A stretch of DNA of 64,000 nucleotides. It comes from Nitrospirota bacterium. GTDB lineage: Bacteria > Nitrospirota > Thermodesulfovibrionia > Thermodesulfovibrionales > UBA9159. This document shows positions 1 to 11,164 of this stretch, piece by piece; position 1 is the stretch's first letter, and each line of letters opens with the position of its first letter. The position numbers and the translations under genes were made by a program. The notes beneath the pieces were generated by a model. The model searched no databases and was not told where the DNA came from. It saw nothing but the letters and a program-made list of their open reading frames with translations. The stretch lies in NCBI GenBank assembly GCA_963699545.1, contig CAVOUE010000012.1:64001-128000 (forward strand), written 5' to 3'.

Positions 1-600
1 TGCCCATCGCGGATTTCTTGCAAAGGGCTCATGTTTGAACCGGGCGTGCACCGTAAGCATATCAACGCCCTCACCTTCGAGCATGGAGCAGAACGTCTTT
101 AATTTCCCGCTGTCGGCGTCGCTGCCGAGGCGGATTTTCGCACTCAGGGGCAAGGCGGTGCGCTTTCTGGCCTCGGCCACGATGCGGCGGACCTCATCCG
201 GTTGTTCCATCAGCATGACGCCCGCGCCGAACTTGCTGACCGCCGGCGATGGGCAGCCCATGTTCAAATCAACAGCGTCAGCCTTAAATGCGTGAAGCGC
301 ATCAATGGCCCGGCCTATCTCTTTGTCAGTGGAAGTCAGGAGCTGATAGGAAAGCGGGCTTTCCCTTTCGGTCCTGATCAGATACGGGGAGATGCGGGGA
401 TTTTCCGTGGGCAGTCTTTTTGCCGAGAGCATTTCGGTCGACAACAGGCCGACCCCGCCGAAGCCGATCATAATCCGCCGGAGGGCGCTGTGGGTAAGGC
501 CCGCCATCGGCGCAAGGAGAAGCGGCGGATCGATCAGCAGATTGCGAATCTGTATCGCTTGCGGCTGTGTTTGCACGTTCGTTTCAGCTTTCATCGACAT
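1..600 (-). CDS. tRNA-dihydrouridine synthase family protein (3' end runs off window)
   Basis: Manual translation from ATG at 600: MSMKAE...LLLAPMAGLTHSALRR...LSTEMLS...VDLNMGCPSP...LSAKIRLG...DMLTVHAR, the Dus motifs. Not in ORF track because it is truncated. Confidence 0.9.
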   Translation of the reverse strand, partial: MSMKAETNVQTQPQAIQIRNLLIDPPLLLAPMAGLTHSALRRIMIGFGGVGLLSTEMLSAKRLPTENPRISPYLIRTERESPLSYQLLTSTDKEIGRAIDALHAFKADAVDLNMGCPSPAVSKFGAGVMLMEQPDEVRRIVAEARKRTALPLSAKIRLGSDADSGKLKTFCSMLEGEGVDMLTVHARFKHEPFARNPRWA

Positions 601-644
601 TAAGGGACACAGTCCCCGCAATAACCTCACTTGTTTGTTTCTTT

Positions 645-986
645 TCAGCAGGTGAGATGAAAGGAGCCTATCACTCTTTTGTCGGGAGGACGGTTGTTGA
701 AAAGCTCTACAGCCTTCCCGGTCTTTTCGATCTGGACCGTGATGCCGTGAGATACAAGGAAACTGACGGTCCCTTCAGGCACGTGCATAACACCCTCATT
801 TCCCGTTCCAACAATAAGGATGTCGGGCTTTGCCATGAGGATATCCTTCAGGTCTGCCTTCTGTAGAACATGGCCCTCCTGTCTCCACCAGGATGAATCG
901 ACCCTGCCGGGATAGATGATGACATCCGAAGTATAGTCTTTTCCGTCAACAGTGATCTTGCCAAAACTGTAATGGTCGATACGCAT
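645..986 (-). CDS. Mth938-like (DUF498) domain protein
   Basis: MRIDHYSFGKITVDGKDYTSDVII...ILIVGTG...FHLTC, with the family-typical HLTC end. Confidence 0.85.
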   Translation of the reverse strand: MRIDHYSFGKITVDGKDYTSDVIIYPGRVDSSWWRQEGHVLQKADLKDILMAKPDILIVGTGNEGVMHVPEGTVSFLVSHGITVQIEKTGKAVELFNNRPPDKRVIGSFHLTC

Positions 987-1083
987 GAGTTTATCCCTCC
1001 GCCTTGTGGACCTGGGCTTCATCCGCTTCGAGGCCCTGAACCCGTTTTCGATCAGTCATGTGCATTCCCCCACCCGACCTTCC

Positions 1084-3138
<2,055 letters not shown>

Positions 3139-3218
3139 TTATTTTTGCGGGCTATGGATAATATCCCTGCGCGAGCAAGGGCTTTCACAGGCTCTTTGTG
3201 CGTTCCTGAATTTCTCGT

Positions 3219-3698
3219 TCATATTGAACTCACAAGCTTCAGATCATGAAAATAGATTTTATAGACTCCAAGGTCCCGGGAAAGCAGGCAGTCGGCGTGC
3301 ACGAGGGCATGGGCGCCTATAAGGAAATCGCCGAGGACAAGTTGTCTTCTTGTCAGCACCGTTCTGCACTTAGGGCAGGCTGCCTCAAAAACGTTGCCGC
3401 AATTGCCGCAGGAGAAACGGTCTTTCTTACCCTTTCTGGCAAACCCGGCCCATCGCATTCCGGCCATGTGGAGCGACTTTTCACTCGACGGGACAAGTCT
3501 CATGCCGGTCTCCGCGAGGAACAGTTTAAGCTCCTGTTCCGAGGGAAATCGGGCTGCAAGCTCTGCGAAGACCACCTCACAGAGTATCAGTTTTCCGTTT
3601 GCCAGATGCCTGTCCAGAAGCCTCTTTGAAGATTCACTATGGGGCTCTCCCGGGATCAGGATATCAAGCAGAATATTCGTATCAACAGCGGTGATCAA
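3219..3698 (-). CDS. PIN-domain (VapC-like) toxin with CxxC-CxxC insert
   Basis: ITAVDTNILLD N-terminus, VFAE, DFLIGAHA, LLSRD. TTG start overlaps the antitoxin stop. Confidence 0.85.
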   Translation of the reverse strand: MITAVDTNILLDILIPGEPHSESSKRLLDRHLANGKLILCEVVFAELAARFPSEQELKLFLAETGMRLVPSSEKSLHMAGMRWAGFARKGKKDRFSCGNCGNVFEAACPKCRTVLTRRQLVLGDFLIGAHALVHADCLLSRDLGVYKIYFHDLKLVSSI

Positions 3699-3922
3699 TG
3701 GCCCCGAAGCTCCTTCACCAGGTCGTCGCTGCACTGCCCCTTGAGCTTCGTGAGCTTGCCCACCCATTTATCGAAAGGCGACTTTGTAACCGCCTTCTTT
3801 ATCATGATGACCCCTTCATTTTCCTCAAAACCCACATCCTCTCCCGGATGCACCCCGAGTTTATCTCTGACCTTCTTGGGCAGAGTTATCTGACCTTTGG
3901 ATGTAACTTTGGCGACTATCAT
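3695..3922 (-). CDS. AbrB/MazE/SpoVT-family antitoxin
   Basis: MIVAKVTSKGQITLPKKVRDKLGVHPGEDVGF; RBS CAGGAGG upstream. Confidence 0.9.
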   Translation of the reverse strand: MIVAKVTSKGQITLPKKVRDKLGVHPGEDVGFEENEGVIMIKKAVTKSPFDKWVGKLTKLKGQCSDDLVKELRGH

Positions 3923-3934
3923 CGCTGCCTCCTG

Positions 3935-3988
3935 GTAAGGAACTATTTTCCTTACTCTTAGTGTAAGGAAATGATCACCTCCTGTCAA
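3935..3988 (-). promoter_or_regulatory. Sigma70 promoter and inverted-repeat operator of the TA operon
   Basis: TTGACA (3988-3983), 17 nt, TACACT (3965-3960); alternating half-sites GTAAGGAA 3935-3942, TTCCTTAC 3948-3955, GTAAGGAA 3963-3970. Confidence 0.75.
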
Positions 3989-4368
3989 GGTTTACCCCAG
4001 TTCCCTTACAAGAGTGAAGCCGGTCGTTTCATTGCCTCTGCCCTAAGAGCCGTTGTAGCCGATACTCACTTTGAGAAATATGCAGTGTGGTGTACTTCAT
4101 CTTCTAAGTAATACCGCAGCCATTTCTTATAGAAGTTGCGCTGAGTGGAAGGAACAGCCCGCTTTTCCAGGAGTGAAATAAATCGCGTCAATGTCTCAGG
4201 CGGTATAGTGAGCATAGAATATTTCTCCGATAGGTGTATTCATTCCATTTGCGGTGTTAACCGACAAGTGAGTATAATTATATTCATGGGTTATGTCAAA
4301 TTTTGTTATACAAGAAAGCCTGTTTCTGCTATACTTGTTTTGTCGCTTAATAACATTGTTAGGTGCCT

Positions 4369-5292
4369 ATGACAAAGATGAAACGCACAACTCGAGTCGC
4401 GCAGCTCATTATGGCTCATTGGCTCGTCACTGTGATCGTGCTCCTTGCTGCTTTTCCACAGCGAGCGATGGCGCAGACGCCCGCAAGAGGCGACCAAGAC
4501 TGCGAGCAGCTTAAGGAAGATATCAAGACGCTCCAAGAGGAGCTTGTGAGCGAAGTCGCGTCAGTTACCAATCTTCAACAAAGCTTTGCGACAACAGATC
4601 GAAAGCTTCAGACCTTTGACGATAAATTTAAGGTTTACCTCAACAACACTTCTATTAATCCTGCTTTTGGTGAAGACGAGCGTGCAAAAATCCTTGAAGC
4701 TCGCCGACAAATAGTACTTCACCGCAGTAAGCTCAAAAATCAACTCGAGGAAGCCAAGCTTACAATCCAGGCCCTCAAGGACACCCTTGCCGATCTCTTA
4801 AACAAACTAGGCGACTGCGGCTCGAAAAAGTCAGAACCCAAGCCATCGCCTTCGCCCATCTCGGGTACGACCAAAGGCGCGATTGATTCCTGTCTCGTCG
4901 GCACATGGCGCTCCGAGTCGATCGTTTCGGAAGTCGGCTACAAAGGTGGCGCCGGTATCGTGTTGACCATCAAGCCCGATGGCTTGGAGACGATCGACTA
5001 CAACGGCATGAAGCCTATCGAAGGAAACGGCGAGACCCATTTATGGCGGGGAGTCGTCGAAGCGTACTTCACCACGAGTAACGGCACAGCCACGGTTACG
5101 AAGGCCGGAAAAACCGATTTGACCGTCAAAGAGACTTACCGAGACGGTCACACGACGGAGAAAAACACCAAGGCATTAGGTCTGGCCGCGTTGGGCAACT
5201 ATTCCACCGACCGGAGCTATACCTGCGACGGGACTACGCTCATATTCAAAAGCCCGCTACACACCGCCACATTCAAGCGAGAAAAGAAATAG
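4369..5292 (+). CDS. Hypothetical secreted protein (signal peptide, coiled coil, Pro/Ser linker, beta-rich C-terminal domain)
   Basis: Open frame of about 307 aa; AMA-Q cleavage-like site, heptad region, CLVGTW motif. Confidence 0.75.
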   Translation: MTKMKRTTRVAQLIMAHWLVTVIVLLAAFPQRAMAQTPARGDQDCEQLKEDIKTLQEELVSEVASVTNLQQSFATTDRKLQTFDDKFKVYLNNTSINPAFGEDERAKILEARRQIVLHRSKLKNQLEEAKLTIQALKDTLADLLNKLGDCGSKKSEPKPSPSPISGTTKGAIDSCLVGTWRSESIVSEVGYKGGAGIVLTIKPDGLETIDYNGMKPIEGNGETHLWRGVVEAYFTTSNGTATVTKAGKTDLTVKETYRDGHTTEKNTKALGLAALGNYSTDRSYTCDGTTLIFKSPLHTATFKREKK

Positions 5293-5306
5293 CAAAGGAG
5301 TCCATC

Positions 5307-6269
5307 ATGGAAAGAAAATATCTTGCCGCTGTCGTAATGACGTTGCTCGCCGCCGGCTTCACCGCTTCCGCCACCGCGCAGGACATCGCCGGAAGCTCCG
5401 ACCATCCGGTAGTCGCCCGCTACAAGGGCGCCACGATCCGCGCCCAGAACCGGCAGGAGTTCGAGGCCTTCACTGTGCCTCTCGGCCCGGCCGATAAGTC
5501 TGAAAAGAAATTCAAGAAAGAAGAGCAGCTCGAGGGCAAGGTGGTGAAGACGCTGTACCAGGCTCCCGCCGGCGCTTCGCCGCTCGCCGTTTCTCGCAGC
5601 TACGAAGACGCGCTCAAGCAGTCCGGCTTCGAAACCCTGTACGCCTGCTCGCCCAAACAGTGCAACGAGGAAGGGAGGGTAGCGGTCACCCTCGGGTATT
5701 CGGGGACCTATTTAACACAGCTCGGAGGGCGTTCGCCGGACGACGCGGGAACGTATCTGTTCACTGCGCGCCACCCTAAGAACAATGTCTACGTGGTCGT
5801 CGTCGCGTTCAATATTTATGGCGATCCTGCCAGGGTATTTTATACGGTGAATGTGGTCGAGGTGAAACCGATGCAAACAGAGATGGTGGTCGTGAAGGCT
5901 GAAGCGCTCGCCATCGACATCACCAAACTCGGCCACGCGTCCATCTACGGCATCTACTTCGACACAGGCAAATCGGTGATCAAGCCGGAGTCGAAGCAGG
6001 CGATCGAGGAAATCGCCAAGCTCTTAAACTCGCAGGCGACGCTCAAGCTCCACGTTGTGGGGCATACCGACAACGTTGGAACTCTCGCCTCAAACATGAC
6101 GCTTTCAAAGCAGCGGGCCGAAGCTGTGGTGAAGGCCTTAGTGAACGACCATCGCATCGCCGCGTCACGCCTGATTGCCAACGGCGTCGGCCCGCTGGCG
6201 CCGGTGGCCTCGAACGCCGCCGAAGAAGGACGGGCCAAGAATCGTCGCGTCGAACTGGTTGCGCAATAG
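5307..6269 (+). CDS. OmpA-family peptidoglycan-binding protein with DUF4892-like N-terminal domain
   Basis: Signal peptide, DIAGSSDHP, IYFDTGKS, GHTDN, LSKQRAEAV, GRAKNRRVE; RBS AAGGAG. Confidence 0.9.
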   Translation: MERKYLAAVVMTLLAAGFTASATAQDIAGSSDHPVVARYKGATIRAQNRQEFEAFTVPLGPADKSEKKFKKEEQLEGKVVKTLYQAPAGASPLAVSRSYEDALKQSGFETLYACSPKQCNEEGRVAVTLGYSGTYLTQLGGRSPDDAGTYLFTARHPKNNVYVVVVAFNIYGDPARVFYTVNVVEVKPMQTEMVVVKAEALAIDITKLGHASIYGIYFDTGKSVIKPESKQAIEEIAKLLNSQATLKLHVVGHTDNVGTLASNMTLSKQRAEAVVKALVNDHRIAASRLIANGVGPLAPVASNAAEEGRAKNRRVELVAQ

Positions 6270-6280
6270 TACAGACGATT

Positions 6281-6303
6281 AAGGGGAAGCCTCTTCTTTT
6301 TTT
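6281..6303 (+). terminator. Probable intrinsic terminator after the OmpA gene
   Basis: AAGGGG-AAG-CCTCTT short hairpin followed by a T tract. Confidence 0.45.
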
Positions 6304-6330
6304 GCTTAATGTAGGAAACGCAGGGACACT

Positions 6331-6463
6331 GAGCTTGTCTAAAAACTGGCATTCCCATAAAAAGTCGTCATTCTCGCGAAGGCGGGAATCCAGTCTTTTC
6401 AATACGTTCTGGATCCCCCGGTCAAGCCGGAGGATGACAAATACTGACTTTTTAGACAGGCTC
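6331..6463. mobile_element. 133-bp MITE with terminal inverted repeats and an internal REP-like palindrome pair
   Basis: TIR GAGCTTGTCTAAAAA / TTTTTAGACAGGCTC (14/15 match), flanked by CACT at 6327-6330 and 6464-6467; internal GTCATTCTCGCGAAGGCGGGAATCCAG...CTGGATCCCCCGGTCAAGCCGGAGGATGAC. Confidence 0.8.
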
Positions 6464-6533
6464 CACTTCCCATATTTGTCATGACTAGAAAAGGCAAGCA
6501 GGAAGACTGAAGAGATGAAGAGAAATGCAAACC

Positions 6534-6872
6534 CTACGGCGCTTTGTACAACAGCGTCCTTTTCCAGTAGTCGAGATGTTCAGAGAGCCCTGAGACGTCG
6601 ATATCGTCTTCTTTGATAGTGACAAGAAACTGGGTATTTTTCAGATACCTCAGAACGAGAACGTCGAGGGCCTTCTCGGTGCTGTGAAGTTCACCAACGC
6701 ACGTCACCCCGTTGACGAACCTGTCGATGTTCTCTTCCTCAGCGCTCATCAGGGCAAGGTTCTCGGCCTCACTCCTCATACACGAGCGCTGAATTGATGC
6801 CATCATGTTCTCATGGGAGATCATCCCCTTCATCACCTCGGCAACTTTCGTCAAAAAAGCGGTCTTATGCAC
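6534..6872 (-). CDS. Hypothetical protein
   Basis: 112-aa ORF with GTG start and GGAGG upstream, co-oriented with neighbours. Confidence 0.6.
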   Translation of the reverse strand: MHKTAFLTKVAEVMKGMISHENMMASIQRSCMRSEAENLALMSAEEENIDRFVNGVTCVGELHSTEKALDVLVLRYLKNTQFLVTIKEDDIDVSGLSEHLDYWKRTLLYKAP

Positions 6873-6923
6873 CTGTTCCCTTCCTCCTGTGGCCTGATTC
6901 TTATCACGCCAAATCTTTCTTGT

Positions 6924-7346
6924 TCATTTCGGCACCCACACCTTGCCTTTGTCAATGACATGCTCGACATGCCATCCCCTCCTGTGCAACTCCCTGGAGA
7001 TCCATTTCCTGTGGCATTTCCAGGGGAACCGCTCTGCGCAGATAATCACTGAAAGCTTCTGTGCGGCAATCGCTTCCAGTGCGTCGATCCCGCGCATAAA
7101 GTCGTCGGTGACAGTATAGGCGATGTATCCGCCCTTCCTCAGCCCGCCCAGCTCAGCGCCGAGATAATGATATTCCAACCCTTCGTTCTTTAGGAGGCCC
7201 TCAAGGTAGTTCCTGTTGAAGGTCGGGATCTTGCTCTTTGGGACACTCCTGACATCAATGAGGGACTCGATTGCGTATGCATGGAGGATTTCGACAAAAT
7301 CCTCTTCGCTTCTCCTGTTAGTTCCGAGGGTGAATATCCTCTTCAA
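6924..7346 (-). CDS. DUF488-family protein
   Basis: IFTLGT, LIDVRSVP, ELGG, CAERFPWKCHR motifs. Confidence 0.88.
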   Translation of the reverse strand: MKRIFTLGTNRRSEEDFVEILHAYAIESLIDVRSVPKSKIPTFNRNYLEGLLKNEGLEYHYLGAELGGLRKGGYIAYTVTDDFMRGIDALEAIAAQKLSVIICAERFPWKCHRKWISRELHRRGWHVEHVIDKGKVWVPK

Positions 7347-7385
7347 TCTTCTTCACCGGGCCGGGGGGCGCGTCACCGGGTCGCG

Positions 7386-8366
7386 TCAGCTGCTGATTTC
7401 GCCGTCAACCGGGGGTGCACATCTCCCATATACCTCATCCAGCACCTCTTTCGCGCCCTTGGACAGGATGTCTTCGGCAAGGGAAATACCGAGGGATTCC
7501 GCTTCATCCATGCGTCCTTTGATATGAGCTTTCACGATCCTGTCACCGCTCACTCTCCCCACCAGGCCGTCCATTATGACCATTCCGCCGGCGAGCTTGG
7601 CATGGGCGGCGATAGGGACCTGACACCCCCCCTCGAGTTTCTTCAGGAAAGCCCTTTCCGCCCTGACACACACTGAGGTATCGGAATGGTTCAGCGGCGC
7701 GATAAGATTGTTAACGAATTCATCGCCGGTCCTGCATTCGATACCGATGGCTCCCTGCCCTATGGCGGGAAGGCTGATCTCCATCGAAATGACCTCCGTT
7801 ATCCTGCCGGCCCATCCCAGCCTCTTCACGCCGGCAGCAGCAAGAATAATGGCATCGAACCGGCCCTCATCGAGCTTCCTGAGTCTGGTGTCAAGGTTCC
7901 CTCTCAGTTGCTCAATTTTCAGGTCGGGTCTGATACTGAGCAGTTGGCATGAACGCCTCAAACTGCTTGTTCCGATGGTCGCGCCATCGGGTAGCTCGCT
8001 GAAGCTCTTTATCTTCCATGTATTGTTTTCTTTTCTTGTGATGAGGGCATCCCGCGGGTCTTCCCTCTTGCATATGACCGGAAGGTACAGTCCTTCAGGA
8101 AAATCCGTAGGCACATCCTTCATGCTGTGAACGGCCAGATCAGCCCCTCCGCTGAGGAGCGCCTCTTCTATCTCTTTCACGAAAAGGCCCTTGCCCCCCA
8201 CCATAGCCAAGGGGACGTCCAGGATCTTGTCGCCGGTGGTCTTGATCTTGTTCAATTCCACCTCAAGACCGGGGTGGAGCCTCTGCAGTTCGGCCTTGAC
8301 CCATTCCGCCTGCCACAGGGCAAGCTTGCTTCCTCTGGTTCCGATAATGACCCTCTGCTTACCCAT
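7386..8366 (-). CDS. hemC: Hydroxymethylbilane synthase (porphobilinogen deaminase)
   Basis: [42 protein letters not shown]. Confidence 0.98.
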   Translation of the reverse strand: MGKQRVIIGTRGSKLALWQAEWVKAELQRLHPGLEVELNKIKTTGDKILDVPLAMVGGKGLFVKEIEEALLSGGADLAVHSMKDVPTDFPEGLYLPVICKREDPRDALITRKENNTWKIKSFSELPDGATIGTSSLRRSCQLLSIRPDLKIEQLRGNLDTRLRKLDEGRFDAIILAAAGVKRLGWAGRITEVISMEISLPAIGQGAIGIECRTGDEFVNNLIAPLNHSDTSVCVRAERAFLKKLEGGCQVPIAAHAKLAGGMVIMDGLVGRVSGDRIVKAHIKGRMDEAESLGISLAEDILSKGAKEVLDEVYGRCAPPVDGEISS

Positions 8367-9639
8367 TTTTCTCCTCATCGTTCCCATTCAACTCATACAG
8401 CTTCCTCACCGCGGCGATGAGGACGTCTTTATCCTCAACGTCATCTTTCAGGGCGACTGTCGGCGGATGGATGAGCTTGTTCGTAATGGCAGTTGCCATG
8501 TACTCAATCGCCTTGCGTTCCTTTTCCCCCAGATCAGGGAATTTATTCATAAGCCGTTCCAGTTCCTCTCTCTTTATGCTCTCGGCCTTATTCCTCAGGG
8601 CGACCACCGTAGGCACGGAGTCGAGGGAGGTGACCCACCTTTGGAAGGAGTCGATCTCCTCCTCAACGATGTCCTCCGCTTTCTTAGCCTCCTTCTGCCG
8701 CTCCATGATATTGGAGTCCACAACACCCCGCAGGTCATCTACATCATAAAGATACACGTTATCGAGATCATTGATCGCCGGGTCGATATTCCTCGGCACC
8801 GAGATATCGATGATGAATACCGGCCGCTGCCTCCTCTCTTTCATCACCCGCTGCATCTCCTCTCTGTGGAGAACGTAGGTGGGCGCTCCCGTGGAGCAGA
8901 AGATGATATCAGAATGGACCATTTCTTCCAGAAAGTCCTCGAATTTGATCGCACGGCCATTGAACTCCGCCGCCAGTTCGCATCCCCGCTCAAACGTTCT
9001 GTTCGCAACGGTGACGCTCTTCACGCCGAAGCTCATCATGTGCTTTGCCGCCAGTTCGGCCATTTCACCTGCTCCCAGCAGCATAAAAGACTTTTCCGGC
9101 AGGTCGGTGAATATCTTCCTCGCCAGTTCCACCGCGGCAAAACTGATCGAGACAGCACTCTCCGCTATCTTTGTTTCCGTCCTCACCCGCTTTGCAACGG
9201 ATATGCTCTTCTTCATCAGGCGGTTCAGCAGAATGCCGGTGGTCTTCTTCTCGAGGGCGAACTCGAAGGCGTCCTTCACCTGACCGAGGATCTGTGGTTC
9301 ACCCACGACCATGGAGTCAAGACTCGACCCGACCCTGAACGTGTGCCTCACTGCGTCGCGATCCTTATGGAGGTACAGAGACCGGTCAAGAGCTGCCCTG
9401 TCCAACCCGTGGAAATCCGAGAGAAATGTCTTCATGGTAGCAAATGCCTTCTCAGGGTCGTTCACATTGGAGTATATTTCCACCCGGTTACAGGTTGAAA
9501 GCACTATGGCCTCATCAAAGCCGGGGAGCTGCCTTATCCTGAGCAGTCCCTGCTCCAGTTTCTCTCCGTTAAAGGCAAGCTTTTCCCTGACATCCACGTC
9601 AGCGGTCTTATGGTTTAATCCGATTACGATGATCTTCAT
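8359..9639 (-). CDS. hemA: Glutamyl-tRNA reductase
   Basis: [46 protein letters not shown]; start at 9639 overlaps the ccsA stop. Confidence 0.98.
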   Translation of the reverse strand: MKIIVIGLNHKTADVDVREKLAFNGEKLEQGLLRIRQLPGFDEAIVLSTCNRVEIYSNVNDPEKAFATMKTFLSDFHGLDRAALDRSLYLHKDRDAVRHTFRVGSSLDSMVVGEPQILGQVKDAFEFALEKKTTGILLNRLMKKSISVAKRVRTETKIAESAVSISFAAVELARKIFTDLPEKSFMLLGAGEMAELAAKHMMSFGVKSVTVANRTFERGCELAAEFNGRAIKFEDFLEEMVHSDIIFCSTGAPTYVLHREEMQRVMKERRQRPVFIIDISVPRNIDPAINDLDNVYLYDVDDLRGVVDSNIMERQKEAKKAEDIVEEEIDSFQRWVTSLDSVPTVVALRNKAESIKREELERLMNKFPDLGEKERKAIEYMATAITNKLIHPPTVALKDDVEDKDVLIAAVRKLYELNGNDEEKNG

Positions 9640-10451
9640 ACGAATGCATGCAAACCTTTCAGGAGAAGATTGACGCCGAAAAAGGTAAAGATCACGCTGA
9701 TGAATCCCACAATGGAGAGCACAGCGGCTTTCCTCCCCCGCCATCCCGCAGTCAACCGTGCGTGAAGAACCAGGACGTAGATGAACCACGTGATGAGGGA
9801 CCAGACCTCTTTGGGGTCCCACCTCCAGTAACTGCCCCAGGCACTCTCCGCCCAGATAGCCCCGGTGATGATGGCGAGGGTGAGAAGAGGAAACCCGAGG
9901 ATTATGAGCTTGTAGTTCACTTCATCCAGGATCTGCAGGTTCGGCAGCCGCTGGAAGAGCCCTCCCAGATGCTTTGTCTTAAGGTGATGTTCCTGGATGA
10001 GATACATGATGCTGATGCCGAAGGCCATGGCAAAGGCGGCATCCCCGAGAAAAGCAAGAAAGGTGTGAATGCCCAGCCAGTAACTCTGGAGCACGGGGCT
10101 CAATTCCTTTATTTCCCTCGGAAAGACGGACGACGAGAGCATGAGGACAAACACCACAGGCATGATAAAGGGACCGAGGAGATCAAGCCGGTACCGGTAT
10201 TCCAGAAAAAAGAAGATGAGGACGATGCACCAGGTATAAAACGAAGACGCCTCATGAAGACTGACGATGGGGAGATGCCCCGCAATCACGTATCGTGCGA
10301 TGATGTTTGCGGTATGGAAAGCGAACCCCACCACGGCAAAGATAAAGATCAATCGGGAAGTGGCCTTTGAGCCCCTGAAGAGCTCCACGATGCTGACAAT
10401 AGTGGCCGCAAAATAAAACGTGAGGCTGAGCTCAAAGAGAAGGACACCCAT
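9636..10451 (-). CDS. ccsA: Cytochrome c biogenesis protein CcsA/ResC family
   Basis: Multi-TM protein with WWD motif GAIWAESAWGSYWRWDPKEVW and conserved His residues. Confidence 0.92.
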   Translation of the reverse strand: MGVLLFELSLTFYFAATIVSIVELFRGSKATSRLIFIFAVVGFAFHTANIIARYVIAGHLPIVSLHEASSFYTWCIVLIFFFLEYRYRLDLLGPFIMPVVFVLMLSSSVFPREIKELSPVLQSYWLGIHTFLAFLGDAAFAMAFGISIMYLIQEHHLKTKHLGGLFQRLPNLQILDEVNYKLIILGFPLLTLAIITGAIWAESAWGSYWRWDPKEVWSLITWFIYVLVLHARLTAGWRGRKAAVLSIVGFISVIFTFFGVNLLLKGLHAFV

Positions 10452-10630
10452 CAGAAGCAACCGAGCTCGCAGTCCGTAATCTTTATCTTTAGCTCGTCAG
10501 CTGCGTCGCCCACTTCCTTGAAAGTGACAGAAAGTCTTTTTGCGATCTCCCTCGCACCGGGACAGGAGATCTTCCCGTCGGTCGAACCTTCCTTCAATGA
10601 TGCCCTTATCTTTTCCTTCTTGTCGATCAT
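10451..10630 (-). CDS. Small Cys-containing hypothetical protein (59 aa)
   Basis: MIDKKEKIRASLKEGSTDGKISCPVAREIAKRLSVTFKEVGDAADELKIKITDCELGCF; RBS AAAGGA; TGATG coupling to ccsA. Below the ORF-track cutoff. Confidence 0.8.
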   Translation of the reverse strand: MIDKKEKIRASLKEGSTDGKISCPGAREIAKRLSVTFKEVGDAADELKIKITDCELGCF

Positions 10631-10664
10631 TTCCTTTATATACCTGAGAAAGGAGTCAGAATCG

Positions 10665-11145
10665 TCAATACTGCTCCGGAATCTTCTGGCCTCCCCTTTT
10701 TGTCTCCAGGGAGAAATCTCTGTCGGCGACGACCACGTCGGCCCTTCTGAGGAGTCCCTTCGCGGTATCCTTTATCGTTGATGATTCGCTCCCAGATATG
10801 AATATTATAATATCCGGCCTTAAAAACTCAATTGCGCTGTTGCCTTCCACGATGATTCCCCTGAGGTCAGACAGCCTCTCCACTGCCGTGGGGAGAACGT
10901 CTTCAAGGCCTGAAGGAGGGGACTGGACCCAAAGGACCCTTTCAGCGCCGGCATCCAGCAGTTCTCCTTGTGTCCTTGCCCTCCTCCGAAAGGGTTTCCC
11001 TGTCATCAGTGATCGATGAATAGAGGCCGGTCTTCGTATATTTTATGGCTCCCCATCCCTTGAAGTGACGGAGAAGGAATGAGGCACACGTGGTCTTGCC
11101 GACACCGCTGTGGGCACCGCCGATGCCTATGATGATGGGACGCAT
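10665..11145 (-). CDS. Small P-loop NTPase, MobB-like (frameshift near 10980)
   Basis: IIIGIGGAHSGVGKTT Walker A, continuing in another frame as LLDAGAERVLW...IIVEGNS. Confidence 0.7.
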
Positions 11146-11164
11146 AGTCAGCGGCTACCCGGCA

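Noticed and set aside
8191-9498. Long plus-strand ORF of 435 aa (likewise 37143-38312 and 20793-21611)
   Set aside because: Antisense shadows of hemA, pdhA and relA with no recognisable motifs.
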